DNA of 33,749 nucleotides from Dethiobacteria bacterium (lineage in GTDB: Bacteria; Bacillota; Dethiobacteria; DTU022; PWGO01): positions 1-33,749 of the forward strand of contig JBASYW010000016.1 in NCBI GenBank assembly GCA_049277715.1. Reading direction: 5' to 3'. A model generated the notes under the pieces. The model searched no databases, was not told the origin of the DNA, and worked only from the letters and a program-made list of their open reading frames with translations. How positions within the stretch are numbered: position 1 is the first letter of the stretch; each line of letters starts with the position of its first letter. Shown in pieces: positions 1-10,118 of the stretch. The position numbers were made by a program, and so were the translations under genes.

Positions 1-1
1 A

Positions 2-1861
2 CTCAAATCTGTGGGAGAAGAGGGGAAAACTCCATCCCCGCAATTATGGAAGCGGGCAAAGGAAGCAGGTTTTCCGGATGCATCCCTGTGTGAGTTGATG
101 CAGATCAATGAAGTGAAGGCGGAAGAATATAACCGGCGGGGTGATGTTTATCCGGTATATAAGAAGGTTGATGCCTGTGCCGGCGAGTTTGAGGCAGCGA
201 TCCACTATCTTTATTCATCTTTGGGCCGCGATGATGAATCTGCTCCTACCCCGGCGAGGAAGATGGTCGTGTTGGGGAGCGGCCCCATAAGGATCGGGCA
301 AGGCATTGAATTCGATTACTGTTCGGTCCATGCGGCGTGGGCTTTGAGGGCGGAGGGCATCGAAACCATCATTGTCAATAATAATCCGGAAACGGTAAGC
401 ACCGATTTTGATACTTCGGACCGGCTGTATTTTGAACCGGTCACCGTTGAAGATGTGATGAATATTATTGAGCGGGAAAAACCGGAGGGGGTTATCGTCC
501 AGTTTGGGGGACAGACGGCTATTAACATCGCCGGCTCTCTCCATAACAAAGGGGTTAAGATCATCGGCACTTCCGTGGACAATATTGATAGGGCGGAAGA
601 TCGGGAAAAATTTGATCTTATCCTGGAAGAACTCAACCTGAAACGACCACCCGGGAGAGCCTGTTATTCACTTGAGCAGGCCCTGGAGACAGCCTCGGCA
701 GTGGGTTTCCCGGTAGTGGTGAGGCCTTCCTATGTACTTGGCGGGCGGGCGATGGAGATTGTATATCATGATGATGAGTTGAAGGATTACATGGAGACGG
801 CGGTTAAGGTTTCCCCCCATCACCCCGTACTGGTAGACAAATATCTCAATGGTCTGGAGATTGAAGTTGATGCTGTATGCGATGGGGAAGATATACTGAT
901 ACCGGGGATCATGGAGCATATTGAGCGCGCGGGGGTTCATTCCGGCGACAGCATCGCCGTCTATCCGCCGCAGAGGCTGCAAGAGAGCATCTACGAAGAG
1001 TTGCTTGCCTCCACCCGTCGGCTGGGCAAGGCTCTGGATGTGCGGGGGATGATCAACGCTCAATATGTAGTATATGAGGGGGAGCTCTATCTGCTGGAAG
1101 TAAATCCTCGTTCCAGCAGGACAGTGCCGTTCATGAGCAAGGTAACGGGCATACCTCTGGTCAAACTGGCTGTAAAAGTGAGCTTGGGACAAACCCTGAA
1201 AGAGTTGGGTTACCGTAGCAGGATAATTGATCCCCCGTCATATGTGAGTGTTAAAGCTCCGGTGTTTTCGTTTGGTAAAATAATGGACCTTGATACCGTC
1301 TTGGGGCCGGAGATGAAGTCCACCGGGGAAGTAATCGGACTGGGCTCCACGTTTGCATCGGCACTTTACAAGGCCTTGGTGGCGGCAGGGTTTTCACTGC
1401 CCGCAGGCGGTCGTATTTTGGCCACGATTGCCGATAAAGATAAAGAGGAAGCCATGCCGATAATCAGAGGCCTGGCCGACCTCGGCTATGAGATAATGGC
1501 TACTCAAGGGACGGCAAATTTTCTGGAAAGAAACGTTATCCCGGTAAAGAGGGTTCGTAAAGTAGGGGAAGGATCACCCCATATTATCGATCTGCTGCGC
1601 AACGGGGAAATTAATCTCGTTTTAAACACCCTTACCAAGGGGAAAATCCCCGAAAGAGACGGGTTTAGAATCCGCCGGGCGGCGGCCGAACACAATGTAT
1701 ACTGCCTCACTTCCCTGGATACGGCCAGAGAAATCTTTCGGGTTCTCCAATATATCCGTAGGGGGAAAAAACTTGAATATATCTCGATACAGGATTATCT
1801 TAAGGAGAGGGATGTTTCTCCTTCTCTTCGAAATAATTATTCTAATGCGGGGGGCGGATAA
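2..1861 (+). CDS. carB: carbamoyl-phosphate synthase large subunit, C-terminal part (5' end outside window)
   Basis: Frame is open to the left edge. Second ATP-grasp half (GPIRIGQGIEFDY, VVRPSYVLGGRAM, EVNPRSSRTVPF) is followed by an MGS-like allosteric domain (ILATIADKDK...GTANFL). Stop TAA at 1859-1861. Confidence 0.93.
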   Translation, partial: LKSVGEEGKTPSPQLWKRAKEAGFPDASLCELMQINEVKAEEYNRRGDVYPVYKKVDACAGEFEAAIHYLYSSLGRDDESAPTPARKMVVLGSGPIRIGQGIEFDYCSVHAAWALRAEGIETIIVNNNPETVSTDFDTSDRLYFEPVTVEDVMNIIEREKPEGVIVQFGGQTAINIAGSLHNKGVKIIGTSVDNIDRAEDREKFDLILEELNLKRPPGRACYSLEQALETASAVGFPVVVRPSYVLGGRAMEIVYHDDELKDYMETAVKVSPHHPVLVDKYLNGLEIEVDAVCDGEDILIPGIMEHIERAGVHSGDSIAVYPPQRLQESIYEELLASTRRLGKALDVRGMINAQYVVYEGELYLLEVNPRSSRTVPFMSKVTGIPLVKLAVKVSLGQTLKELGYRSRIIDPPSYVSVKAPVFSFGKIMDLDTVLGPEMKSTGEVIGLGSTFASALYKALVAAGFSLPAGGRILATIADKDKEEAMPIIRGLADLGYEIMATQGTANFLERNVIPVKRVRKVGEGSPHIIDLLRNGEINLVLNTLTKGKIPERDGFRIRRAAAEHNVYCLTSLDTAREIFRVLQYIRRGKKLEYISIQDYLKERDVSPSLRNNYSNAGGG

Positions 1862-1863
1862 AG

Positions 1864-2604
1864 GTGCCGTTCTGGATCAAAGCCATGCTCCTGGGGCTTT
1901 TTGCCGGGGTATTGGGTACCGCCTGCGGGGGTTTATTATCTTTTCTGCTCTGGCGGCCCAGGAAGAAATTACTAAGTCTGATATTGGGTTTTTCAGCGGG
2001 AATAATGTTGGTGATTGTTTTTATGGAGTTGTTGTCCGAATCAGTAACCATAGGTGGTCTCTGGTTGGGGCTGATTGGTCTGGCAACGGGTATCCTGCTG
2101 CTGTATCTTCTTGATATTTATTTCCCTCACCAGCATTACATCTCCGAAGAAGGAAAGAAGAACCGTTTGCGCCAAGCGGGTGTTTTGCTCTGTATCGGGA
2201 TCGCGCTGCACAACGTTCCGGAAGGTTTGGCGATCGGGTCCAGTTATTATGCGGATGTAGATTTTGGTCTGGGGATGGCCATCATTATGGCCCTTCATAA
2301 TATTCCCGAGGGCATTGCCATGGCTACGACCATGAAGATGGGGGGAATCCGCAACTCCATAATATTATTGGCTACCATACTGGCCGGATTGCCGATGGCT
2401 TTTGGTGGTATGGTCGGAGCTCTGATAGGCAGTATCTCGTCCACTTTTTTAAGCTTGTCACTTGCTTTTGCGGGAGGGGCCATGCTGTATATCGTCTGTG
2501 ATGAACTGATTCCCGATGCCCATGATCTGTCCGAGGGACACTCCGCCACGTTGGGGATTGTCTTTGGCGTTATAATAGGGATGTTTATTTTATCGATCCA
2601 GTAA
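1864..2604 (+). CDS. ZIP-family divalent metal (zinc) transporter, ZupT-like
   Basis: 246-aa polytopic membrane protein with the two ZIP signature helices HNVPEGLAIG and HNIPEGIAMA. GTG start 3 nt after the carB stop; an internal ATG start is possible. Confidence 0.85.
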   Translation: MPFWIKAMLLGLFAGVLGTACGGLLSFLLWRPRKKLLSLILGFSAGIMLVIVFMELLSESVTIGGLWLGLIGLATGILLLYLLDIYFPHQHYISEEGKKNRLRQAGVLLCIGIALHNVPEGLAIGSSYYADVDFGLGMAIIMALHNIPEGIAMATTMKMGGIRNSIILLATILAGLPMAFGGMVGALIGSISSTFLSLSLAFAGGAMLYIVCDELIPDAHDLSEGHSATLGIVFGVIIGMFILSIQ

Positions 2605-2685
2605 TAATAAACTAAAGTCAATCCGAAAATCAGTATCAAATAGATTAACAAATATAATCAATCTGTTATTAAAATTTGAAATCTC

Positions 2686-2714
2686 TTGACTTATTGCTCT
2701 TTAAATCTTACTAT
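2686..2714 (+). promoter_or_regulatory. sigma-A-type promoter upstream of codY
   Basis: TTGACT (2686-2691), 17-nt spacer, TACTAT (2709-2714), about 35 nt upstream of the codY start. Confidence 0.5.
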
Positions 2715-2750
2715 TAAAAGGGAATTTAATGAAAGGTGGAAGCTGATGAG

Positions 2751-3542
2751 ATGCAAGCGTTAACTCTCTTGGAAAAAATAAGACATATGAAAAAAGCGAT
2801 TCAGAGTTCCACGGAATCACTTGACTTTGCTGAAGGCGCCCACATATTGCAGGAAGGAATAAGAGCTAACATTTTTATTATTTCCACCAAGGGGCAGATT
2901 TTAGGTTATAGTGTAGTTAAAGATTTCGGATGCAGTTATTTCCAGAAAAACATCATCGAAAAAGGCGAATTTCCTTCCTGGTACAATGAAAAATTTCTGA
3001 TGGGCAGCGATGAATCGAAGATCAACATTGTTTATCAGAGTGATAAATGCGTTTTTAAGAGAGATAGATCTTTGGATTGTCAGCATCATCCGGAAGCGAT
3101 GGCCGTTGTCCCTATTCTTGGGGAGGAACGGTTGGGCTCTCTTCTGCTCCATAGGTATAAAGACGAATTTTCCATCGACGATATCGTTCTGGCCGAGATC
3201 GGTGCGGCGGTAATCAGTATGGAGATGATGAGGGCCATGGAAGAAAGGAATATTGAGGACACCCGTTTCCGGGCGATCCTTGATGTGGCTTTCAGCAGCC
3301 TCTCTTATTCCGAGCTTGAAGCTCTGGAAGAAATATTCAGGGAGTTGGCCGGCAGGGAGGGCATCGTCGTGGCCAGCAAGATTGCCGACAATCTGGGTAT
3401 TACCCGTTCGGTTATCGTCAATGCTCTTCGTAAATTTGAAAGTGCCGGGGTTATTGATTCCCGTTCTTTGGGGATGAAAGGAACTTATATCAAAGTAAAG
3501 AATGCCATCTTCAAAGACGAAATAATGAAAAGAATCTCCTAG
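2751..3542 (+). CDS. codY: GTP/BCAA-sensing pleiotropic transcriptional repressor CodY
   Basis: N-terminal GAF-like region and the C-terminal wHTH signature ASKIADNLGITRSVIVNALRKFESAGVIDSRSLGMKGTYIKV. ATG at 2751 lies 10 nt after AAAGGTGGA; the listed ORF begins at an upstream GTG (2736). Confidence 0.92.
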   Translation: MQALTLLEKIRHMKKAIQSSTESLDFAEGAHILQEGIRANIFIISTKGQILGYSVVKDFGCSYFQKNIIEKGEFPSWYNEKFLMGSDESKINIVYQSDKCVFKRDRSLDCQHHPEAMAVVPILGEERLGSLLLHRYKDEFSIDDIVLAEIGAAVISMEMMRAMEERNIEDTRFRAILDVAFSSLSYSELEALEEIFRELAGREGIVVASKIADNLGITRSVIVNALRKFESAGVIDSRSLGMKGTYIKVKNAIFKDEIMKRIS

Positions 3543-3561
3543 TAAAAACATTCGATATTAC

Positions 3562-3605
3562 AAAGACATCCGCTGTATAAATGATCACGGCGGATGTCTT
3601 TTTTG
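3562..3605 (+). terminator. rho-independent terminator after codY (may also serve the convergent oxidoreductase operon)
   Basis: About 14-bp stem (AAAGACATCCGCTG / CGGCGGATGTCTTT) with a 12-nt loop, followed by TTTTTT. Confidence 0.65.
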
Positions 3606-3653
3606 ATCTGTTTATGAGTCTGACTCAGGAACAGAAGCTGCGGATACCTTGAT

Positions 3654-4583
3654 TTAGAGTTCTCCGCAACGCTTAAGCAGTATCTCCCAATCTTCATCCA
3701 CAAATTGTTGTAATTTAGCCAGCTGCGTCTCATTCTGTTTGTTTTTAAGCAGGTGAGCGAAACGGCCTTGGGATTTAATGTACTCCTCCAGATTTTTTTT
3801 CTGGCGTGGTTTATAGTTCAGCTTCCATTCTCCATTCTCCACTTCATACAGCGGCCATACACATGACTGGACGGAGAGGCGGGCAACTTCAATCGTCTCT
3901 TCCATGGGGAATCTCCATCCTCTGTGGCAGGGAGCCAGGACGTTGATGAATGCCGGGCCTTTGGCATCAAACGCCTTTGCCGCCTTGTTGGTGATATCTT
4001 TCCAATGGCTGATAGATGCCTGGGCCACATAAGGTATCCCATGGGCGGCTACGATAGAGGTAAGGTCTTTACGGTACTCGGTCTTGCCAAAACCGGTTTT
4101 CCCGATCGGACTTGTGGTTGTCCAGGCACCAAAAGAGGTGGCCCCCGAACGCTGGATTCCCGTGTTCATGTAGGCCTCATTGTTATAACAGACATACACC
4201 ATCCTGTGTCCGCGTTCCAATGCTCCGGACAGGGCCTGGAATCCAATGTCATAAGTGCCGCCATCCCCGCCAAAGGCTATAAAGCGATAATCTTCATCGA
4301 GCCGCCCTTGTTTTTTAAAGCTCCGGTAGGCAGCTTCGACACCGCTCAAAGTGGAGGCGGCGTTCTCAAATGCGTTGTGCAGGAAAGAGGTCTTCCATGC
4401 AGAGTAAGGATATATTGTGGTGGAGACCTCCAGACAACCGGTTGGATTTACGACCACCAGATGTACATCATCGGGTACCGCCATCAATATTTGGCGAATA
4501 ACGATCGGTGCGCCGCATCCCGCACACATACGGTGGCCACCGCTTAGATATTGTTTTTTCTGAACCGCTTCGGTTATCTTCAT
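3654..4583 (-). CDS. 2-oxoacid:ferredoxin oxidoreductase beta subunit (TPP-binding; pyruvate/2-ketoisovalerate type)
   Basis: CAGCG near the N-terminus and the TPP motif GGDGGTYDIGFQALSGALERGH. Its ATG shares one nucleotide with the alpha-subunit stop (TAATG). Confidence 0.88.
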   Translation of the reverse strand: MKITEAVQKKQYLSGGHRMCAGCGAPIVIRQILMAVPDDVHLVVVNPTGCLEVSTTIYPYSAWKTSFLHNAFENAASTLSGVEAAYRSFKKQGRLDEDYRFIAFGGDGGTYDIGFQALSGALERGHRMVYVCYNNEAYMNTGIQRSGATSFGAWTTTSPIGKTGFGKTEYRKDLTSIVAAHGIPYVAQASISHWKDITNKAAKAFDAKGPAFINVLAPCHRGWRFPMEETIEVARLSVQSCVWPLYEVENGEWKLNYKPRQKKNLEEYIKSQGRFAHLLKNKQNETQLAKLQQFVDEDWEILLKRCGEL

Positions 4584-5770
4584 TAGATATCATCCCCTTC
4601 CCTTAAGCCAAGATAACGTATGCCTTCAGGATGATGACCGTCGAGGAGATCCCGGTAAACGTCTTCGATGAGATCGGTACCCAGGTCTCTCCCTCCCAGG
4701 CCGTAAACCAACCCGAAGATATTGGGCCTGTTTTCCAAATCATATAAAGCCGAGCGGATCTCTGAAAATAGCGGTCCGCCTTGCTCTCCTGCAAACATCA
4801 GGGAGCGGTCCATGACCCCGATAACCGGGATATGAGCCAAAGCTTTTTGCAAAGCTTCCACCGGAAACGGGCGGAAGAGTCTCAGTTTCAAAAGCCCCAC
4901 CGGCAGGCCTTTTTTCCGCATTTCCTTCACTACATATTTAATCGTTCCTGATGCCGAACCGGCTACTACCAGTGCAACCTTGGCATCTTCCAGGTAATAT
5001 TCCTCGAACAATCCATAGTGACGGCCGAACTTATTTCCGAATTCCTTTCCTACTTCTTCCACAACCTGTAAAGCATTGCACAACGCCTCTTCCTGAGCAC
5101 GTTTGAATTCATAATAATAACCGCCCAGTGAATCAAAGTTTCCGATAGAGACGGGATGTTCAGGGTTAAGGAGGTAATGATCCGGATTGAAAGGCCCAAT
5201 AAAGCTGCGGACTTCTTCATCCTCATAGAATTCCGCGCGCTCCATACTGTGACTGACGATAAACCCATCCAGATTGACCATAACCGGCAGGAGAATCTCC
5301 TTATTTTCGGCTATCCTCACGGCCTGGATGGTGTTGTCATAGGACTCCTGGGCATTTTCACTGAATATCTGTATCCACCCGGCATCACGTGCACCCATGC
5401 TGTCACTATGGTCACAGTGGATGTTGATGGGGGCGGATAATGATCTGTTTACGTTGGGCATAACGATAGGAAGCCGTAACCCGGAAGCGATATACAGCAG
5501 TTCCCACATCAGGGCCAGTCCCTGAGATGAAGTTGCCGTCATTACCCTTGCGCCGGCGGCGGCGGCACCGATGCAGGAACTCATGGCACTGTGCTCGCTC
5601 TCCACATTGATCATTTCGGTATGGACTTCGCCGTTCACGACCATCTGAGAAAAAGTCTCGACGATTGACGTTTGCGGCGTAATCGGATAAGCCGATACAA
5701 CATCGGGTTCAATCTGACGCATGGCTTCGGCAACGGCATCGGTACCAAGAATAGCAGCTATTCTAGGCAT
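4583..5770 (-). CDS. 2-oxoacid:ferredoxin oxidoreductase alpha subunit
   Basis: 395 aa with AYPITPQT, ESEHSAMSSCIGAAAAGARVMTATSSQGL and other typical PorA/VorA blocks. Overlaps the delta-subunit stop by 8 nt. Confidence 0.88.
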   Translation of the reverse strand: MPRIAAILGTDAVAEAMRQIEPDVVSAYPITPQTSIVETFSQMVVNGEVHTEMINVESEHSAMSSCIGAAAAGARVMTATSSQGLALMWELLYIASGLRLPIVMPNVNRSLSAPINIHCDHSDSMGARDAGWIQIFSENAQESYDNTIQAVRIAENKEILLPVMVNLDGFIVSHSMERAEFYEDEEVRSFIGPFNPDHYLLNPEHPVSIGNFDSLGGYYYEFKRAQEEALCNALQVVEEVGKEFGNKFGRHYGLFEEYYLEDAKVALVVAGSASGTIKYVVKEMRKKGLPVGLLKLRLFRPFPVEALQKALAHIPVIGVMDRSLMFAGEQGGPLFSEIRSALYDLENRPNIFGLVYGLGGRDLGTDLIEDVYRDLLDGHHPEGIRYLGLREGDDI

Positions 5771-6098
5771 TATCCTTCACCTCTTTCTTCCTTAGAGTAG
5801 CTTCATCAACCATTTTAATTGCTTTTCTACGACATTCCCGGGCACAGATACCACACCCCTTGCAATGCTCAAGGTTGATACCGGTCATTTTGCCATCTTT
5901 GGTACATATGGCCGCATCCGGGCAGTACATAAAGCATAGAAGGCAGTTATTGCATAACTCATCATCTTTAATCGGCCGCCGGGAACGCCATTCTCCTGTC
6001 GAATATTGTTCGGCGTTGCCGGGCTCGGTAATTATCCCTCCCCGGGGATGCTTTTTCCAACCCCATTTATTAATGTCTTTTACTTCCCACTTTTTCAT
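5763..6098 (-). CDS. 2-oxoacid:ferredoxin oxidoreductase delta subunit (2x[4Fe-4S] ferredoxin)
   Basis: Two CxxCxxCxxxCP-type clusters (CNNCLLCFMYCP, CKGCGICARECR). The start is most likely ATG 6098 (MKKWEV), 9 nt after GAGGAGG, not the listed 6137. Confidence 0.8.
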   Translation of the reverse strand: MKKWEVKDINKWGWKKHPRGGIITEPGNAEQYSTGEWRSRRPIKDDELCNNCLLCFMYCPDAAICTKDGKMTGINLEHCKGCGICARECRRKAIKMVDEATLRKKEVKDNA

Positions 6099-6678
6099 GT
6101 AGTCTAACCTCCTCGTATGCACGTTTAAGAGCTTCAATATTCATATCTACTACTCGGGAAGAATACTTTTTGCTAAAAGAAGATCTCAGATTCTCTATCG
6201 CTTCTTCTTTCTCCAACAAACCGGAAACTTTTAAAAATGCGCCCAGCATGGGGATATTGGCAAAAGGTCTACCGATCACATCAAGGGCAATATGGGTTGC
6301 ATCCACGGTATAGAGCCGATAATCCTGTAATCCGTAGGCCTCCGATAATTCATTGGGGTTGAGGCTCGTGTTTACGATGATGATCCCATTTTTCTTTAAA
6401 CCGGAGGTAACATCGAGAACGTCCATCAACGTGGTATCTAAGACCAAAATCACATCCGGGTCTGTAATCCCACAGTAAACCGATATGGGGGATGAACTGA
6501 TACGGTTAAAAACCTGAATCGGGGCCCCCATCCGCTCAGGTCCGTATTCGGGAAACGATTGAAAGTACATGTTTTTGGGTAAAATCATTTCTACAAGGGT
6601 CTTGGATGCCGTAACCGCACCCTGTCCTCCACGGGCATGCCAGCGAATTTCTGTAACTTTATTATTGGAGCATTCCAA
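6070..6678 (-). CDS. 2-oxoacid:ferredoxin oxidoreductase gamma subunit
   Basis: IRWHARGGQGAVTASK motif. TTG start 9 nt after AGGAGG. The 3' end overlaps the delta start by 29 nt. Confidence 0.85.
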   Translation of the reverse strand: MECSNNKVTEIRWHARGGQGAVTASKTLVEMILPKNMYFQSFPEYGPERMGAPIQVFNRISSSPISVYCGITDPDVILVLDTTLMDVLDVTSGLKKNGIIIVNTSLNPNELSEAYGLQDYRLYTVDATHIALDVIGRPFANIPMLGAFLKVSGLLEKEEAIENLRSSFSKKYSSRVVDMNIEALKRAYEEVRLHEKVGSKRH

Positions 6679-6884
6679 GCATCTCCACCTCCTACAATAG
6701 CTAGTATTGGTTCATTTATAATTGTTACCCATCTAAAGAATATATCAAATTAGTAAATGCTTGTAAAGCAAAGGCACGGCTAACTAAAACAACTGATTAG
6801 TCTGATTATTTTAACTGTGCATGGCCTTCAAATTGCCTTAATAAATTGCCGCTTTCTGTACAAAAAATTAGCTCATTTCTACAA

Positions 6885-6913
6885 TTGACTTGATCTTACA
6901 AAGTTGCTAAACT
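6885..6913 (+). promoter_or_regulatory. candidate sigma-A promoter for murI
   Basis: TTGACT (6885-6890), 17-nt spacer, TAAACT (6908-6913). Confidence 0.4.
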
Positions 6914-6950
6914 TATTAAGTATTGATATGAATTCAAGGAGGATGCTGAA

Positions 6951-7751
6951 GTGAATTATGAAGCCGGTAAAGCTATCGGTATTTTGGATTCGGGAGTAGG
7001 CGGATTGACCGTAGTCCGCGAATTTTTTCAGCACCTCCCCTCTGAGAAAATAGTATATTTCGGCGATACAAACAGGTTTCCCTATGGTTCCCGCCCCCAT
7101 GATGAGGTCCGCCACTTTTCCCTTCAGATCATTGACTTTCTAATAACCCAGGAGGTAAAGATGGTTGTGGTGGCCTGCAACTCGTCTACGGCCGCGGGAC
7201 TTCCATATTACCAGCAGCAGTTGGAAGTTCCGGTCGTAGGGGTTATTGAGCCGGGGGCTCGGGCGGCGGTGGAAACCACCCGCAGTGGACGTATCGGCGT
7301 CATTGGCACCAGCGGCACTATTGCCAGTGGGGCTTATGAGAAAAGTATCTACGCTCTCGATCGCTCTTTGGAGGTATTTAGCGTAGCCTGCCCGCTGCTC
7401 GTCTTGATCGTGGAAAACAATTTGATCCATACACCCGAAGCGCGGAAAGTGGCATATGAATATCTCTATCCTCTCAAGCAAGCCGGGGTCGATACACTGA
7501 TCCTCGGTTGCACTCACTATCCCCTTATGGCGGATGTACTTCAGGATGTAGTGGGCAATGATGTAACGCTGATCAGCTCCGCGGAGGAGATTGCCCGGGG
7601 AGCAAAGGAATTATTTACCTCGCAGAACCTCTTGACCCCTCTTAAAGAAGGCACCCATCGCTTTTTTGTCAGTGGTGACCCTTCCAATTTTGAGGAAATA
7701 GGCCGGAAATTACTGGGCAGCAATTTAAAGGCCTACCGGGTTACTCTGTAA
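6951..7751 (+). CDS. murI: glutamate racemase
   Basis: GILDSGVGGLTV, catalytic Cys motifs VVACNSSTA and LGCTHYPL. GTG start 7 nt after AAGGAGGA. Confidence 0.92.
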   Translation: MNYEAGKAIGILDSGVGGLTVVREFFQHLPSEKIVYFGDTNRFPYGSRPHDEVRHFSLQIIDFLITQEVKMVVVACNSSTAAGLPYYQQQLEVPVVGVIEPGARAAVETTRSGRIGVIGTSGTIASGAYEKSIYALDRSLEVFSVACPLLVLIVENNLIHTPEARKVAYEYLYPLKQAGVDTLILGCTHYPLMADVLQDVVGNDVTLISSAEEIARGAKELFTSQNLLTPLKEGTHRFFVSGDPSNFEEIGRKLLGSNLKAYRVTL

Positions 7752-7858
7752 TTTAAAGACATCTTCTCTTATTTCGGGCATATTTTCACCTTTGGATCGA
7801 TATGAATATAAAAACAAATGATCGATTGATATGTGTATCTTCTTTAGGAGGTTGGGAA

Positions 7859-8908
7859 ATGAAGTTAACCTTGTTAAAGACGGCATTATGTTCGGCATTG
7901 ATTTTTCTGCTGCTGACGGCAGGGTGCGGCGGCAATGGATGGCCTCTTTCATCGTTGCAGAAAGAAATCCATAGATCTGAGAGATTGACCCTGCCTTCAA
8001 AAGAAGAAGATGAGGAAGAGGCGGCTCTGACCGACCTCTACACTTTGTACTATCCGGATATCAACAATCGTTTTCTGGTGCCGGTTACCCGTAAAATATC
8101 GTCTACGGAGATGATCGCCCGAAGCATAGTCGAGAATCTTATCGCTGCCGCGGAGCCTGATCCGGAGTTGTCCAGGGTAAAACTCTACCCCCCCATTCCT
8201 TCAAACACCATCATCAGGGGGCTGAATATTGAAGATGGATTGGCCACGTTGAATTTAAGCGCCTCCTTCCTGACTTATCCGCAAGAAACGGAGAGATTGG
8301 TTCTGGGGAGTATATGCGGCTCACTGCTGCAGTTTGAAAACATCAAGCGGGTATTGATAACGGTAGAAGGGGTAAAGATCGATAAATTCCCCGGAGGAAC
8401 CCCGGGCCGGGATCCCTTTGAAGAAGAGGATGTGATGATCAATCCTGAAATCAGCGATGAAGTTGAAGACTATCAGAGCAGCACGGCACTCACGGTGTAT
8501 TTTGCCTACGGGGCTCCAAACCGCATACTTTATGTTCCGGTAATCAGGGTGTTAAGCGACCCGCCGGCGGAGGATCCCGCGAAAGCTTCGCTGGAGGAGC
8601 TTCTTGCCGGGCCACGCCATCGAAGCGGTCTTTTCAGTGATATTCCTGCTGATACCAGATTGCTTGATTTTGAAATAAAAGACGGCATCGCCATCGTAAA
8701 TCTTTCTGCAGAGTTTACCGGATACCATGGAGGAAAAACCGGCGAGGAGAATATGCTAAATTTGATTGTGCTGACTCTGACCGCATACGAAGCGGTCGAT
8801 GAGGTAAAAATTCTAGTGGCCGGAAAAGAGATAATCTTGCCCGAAGGGGCTGACCTTTCTTTGCCTCTGTCCCGCCCCGAGCAGATCAATTACCTGAAAA
8901 AACAATAG
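7859..8908 (+). CDS. gerM: GerM-type sporulation/germination lipoprotein (two GerMN domains)
   Basis: Signal peptide with lipobox LLTAGC. Two GerMN-like repeats (LYYPDINNRFLVPVTR...; LTVYFAY...LYVPVIRVL...LEELLAGP). ATG 7859 lies after TAGGAGG; the listed ORF begins upstream at 7802. Confidence 0.82.
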   Translation: MKLTLLKTALCSALIFLLLTAGCGGNGWPLSSLQKEIHRSERLTLPSKEEDEEEAALTDLYTLYYPDINNRFLVPVTRKISSTEMIARSIVENLIAAAEPDPELSRVKLYPPIPSNTIIRGLNIEDGLATLNLSASFLTYPQETERLVLGSICGSLLQFENIKRVLITVEGVKIDKFPGGTPGRDPFEEEDVMINPEISDEVEDYQSSTALTVYFAYGAPNRILYVPVIRVLSDPPAEDPAKASLEELLAGPRHRSGLFSDIPADTRLLDFEIKDGIAIVNLSAEFTGYHGGKTGEENMLNLIVLTLTAYEAVDEVKILVAGKEIILPEGADLSLPLSRPEQINYLKKQ

Positions 8909-8954
8909 CCCATGGAGACCGGGCAGGATTTCACCAATGGCTGCGGTCATATCT

Positions 8955-9998
8955 TCAAGCGCGGTATAGTTCAAGGTAGGTCAGATGCCGGAAATACTTC
9001 AAGGCGCGGCTGGCGCCATAGACAACCGAGGTAAAAGGTTCTTTGACGATGTTTGCCGGCAGGTTCAATTCGTGGGTCAGAAAGAGATCAATATTTTTTA
9101 GCAGTGCTCCCCCGCCCACCAAAAACAGGCCGCTGTTCAATACGTCACTTGCCAATTGAGGGTGGACCTGATCAAATACGTTCTTTATGGCTATTGTCCA
9201 GGGATACAGGATAGGGGTGATGGCCTCATTAACTTCTTCGGCCGTTATCAGGGCCTTATCCGGTTTCTGAGTCTTCCAGTTTATACCCCGTATCTCAAAA
9301 GATTTATCGGGCGGCGGATTCAGGGCATAGCCGATCTCATGTTTGGTCCGTCCCGCGGTTCCCGAACCTATCTCCATGCTGAATTTATGGTAAACATATC
9401 TCTGTATGGCACTATCAAGGCTGTCTCCGCCCTGGCGGATGGATTTTGCAAATACAATGCCGCCCATGGCAACGGCGGCTATCTCCGTAACACCGCCGCC
9501 CATATTGATAATCAGACTGCCGTTGCTGTCTTCAATGGGCAACCCCGTGCCGATGGCGGCGGCCAAAGGTTCCTCAATCAGATAAATATCCTTGATACCG
9601 GTACGTTTCCCGGCGGTAATGACAGCCTGCCGCTCCACCTGAGTGGTGCCGCAAGGGATGGTGATAATGGCCCGCAGCCGCACCAGGGGAATCTTGTTGA
9701 CCGCTTTAAAGAGAAAATGCTGCAACATCTTCTGGGCATAATTGAAGTCGGCCACGACACCTTCCCGCAGCGGTTTGACTGCCTTGATATTTACCGGCGT
9801 CTTGCCCAGCATCAGATAAGCCTTTCTTCCTGCGGCAAGGAGTTCGCCGCTACGCTTATCTATCGCCACGACCGACGGCTCCTGCAGAATGATGCCTTTG
9901 CGGGGGGAATAGATCAAGGTGTTGGTTGTTCCCATATCCACGGCCAGATCTCGGCGAAAGAAGGAGGTCTGATATTCGCTTAAGCCTTTTTTATCCAA
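8955..9998 (-). CDS. divergent MreB/Mbl-family actin-like protein
   Basis: Actin-fold phosphate/adenosine motifs in MreB order (AVDMGTTNT, PLREGVVADF, EEPLAAAIG, INMGGGVTEIA, LVGGGALLKN), but several consensus positions differ from canonical MreB. Likely TTG start at 9998, 7 nt after AGGAGG. Confidence 0.78.
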   Translation of the reverse strand: MDKKGLSEYQTSFFRRDLAVDMGTTNTLIYSPRKGIILQEPSVVAIDKRSGELLAAGRKAYLMLGKTPVNIKAVKPLREGVVADFNYAQKMLQHFLFKAVNKIPLVRLRAIITIPCGTTQVERQAVITAGKRTGIKDIYLIEEPLAAAIGTGLPIEDSNGSLIINMGGGVTEIAAVAMGGIVFAKSIRQGGDSLDSAIQRYVYHKFSMEIGSGTAGRTKHEIGYALNPPPDKSFEIRGINWKTQKPDKALITAEEVNEAITPILYPWTIAIKNVFDQVHPQLASDVLNSGLFLVGGGALLKNIDLFLTHELNLPANIVKEPFTSVVYGASRALKYFRHLTYLELYRA

Positions 9999-10118
9999 TG
10001 GGGATCCTCCTATCCGGGTTTCCCCGCAAAATCTCTCTTTATTATTTATCCTCAAGAGAAGATGGATTATGCACAGGATTCGTTGTTTTTGTTGTTGAAG
10101 AAAATGGATTCAATGTTT

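Noticed and set aside
2612-2680. Possible CodY boxes (AATTTTCWGAAAATT-like) upstream of codY, e.g. CCGAAAATCAG and AAAATTTGAAAT.
   Set aside because: Each matches only about half of the 15-nt consensus, in an AT-rich spacer where such matches are expected by chance.
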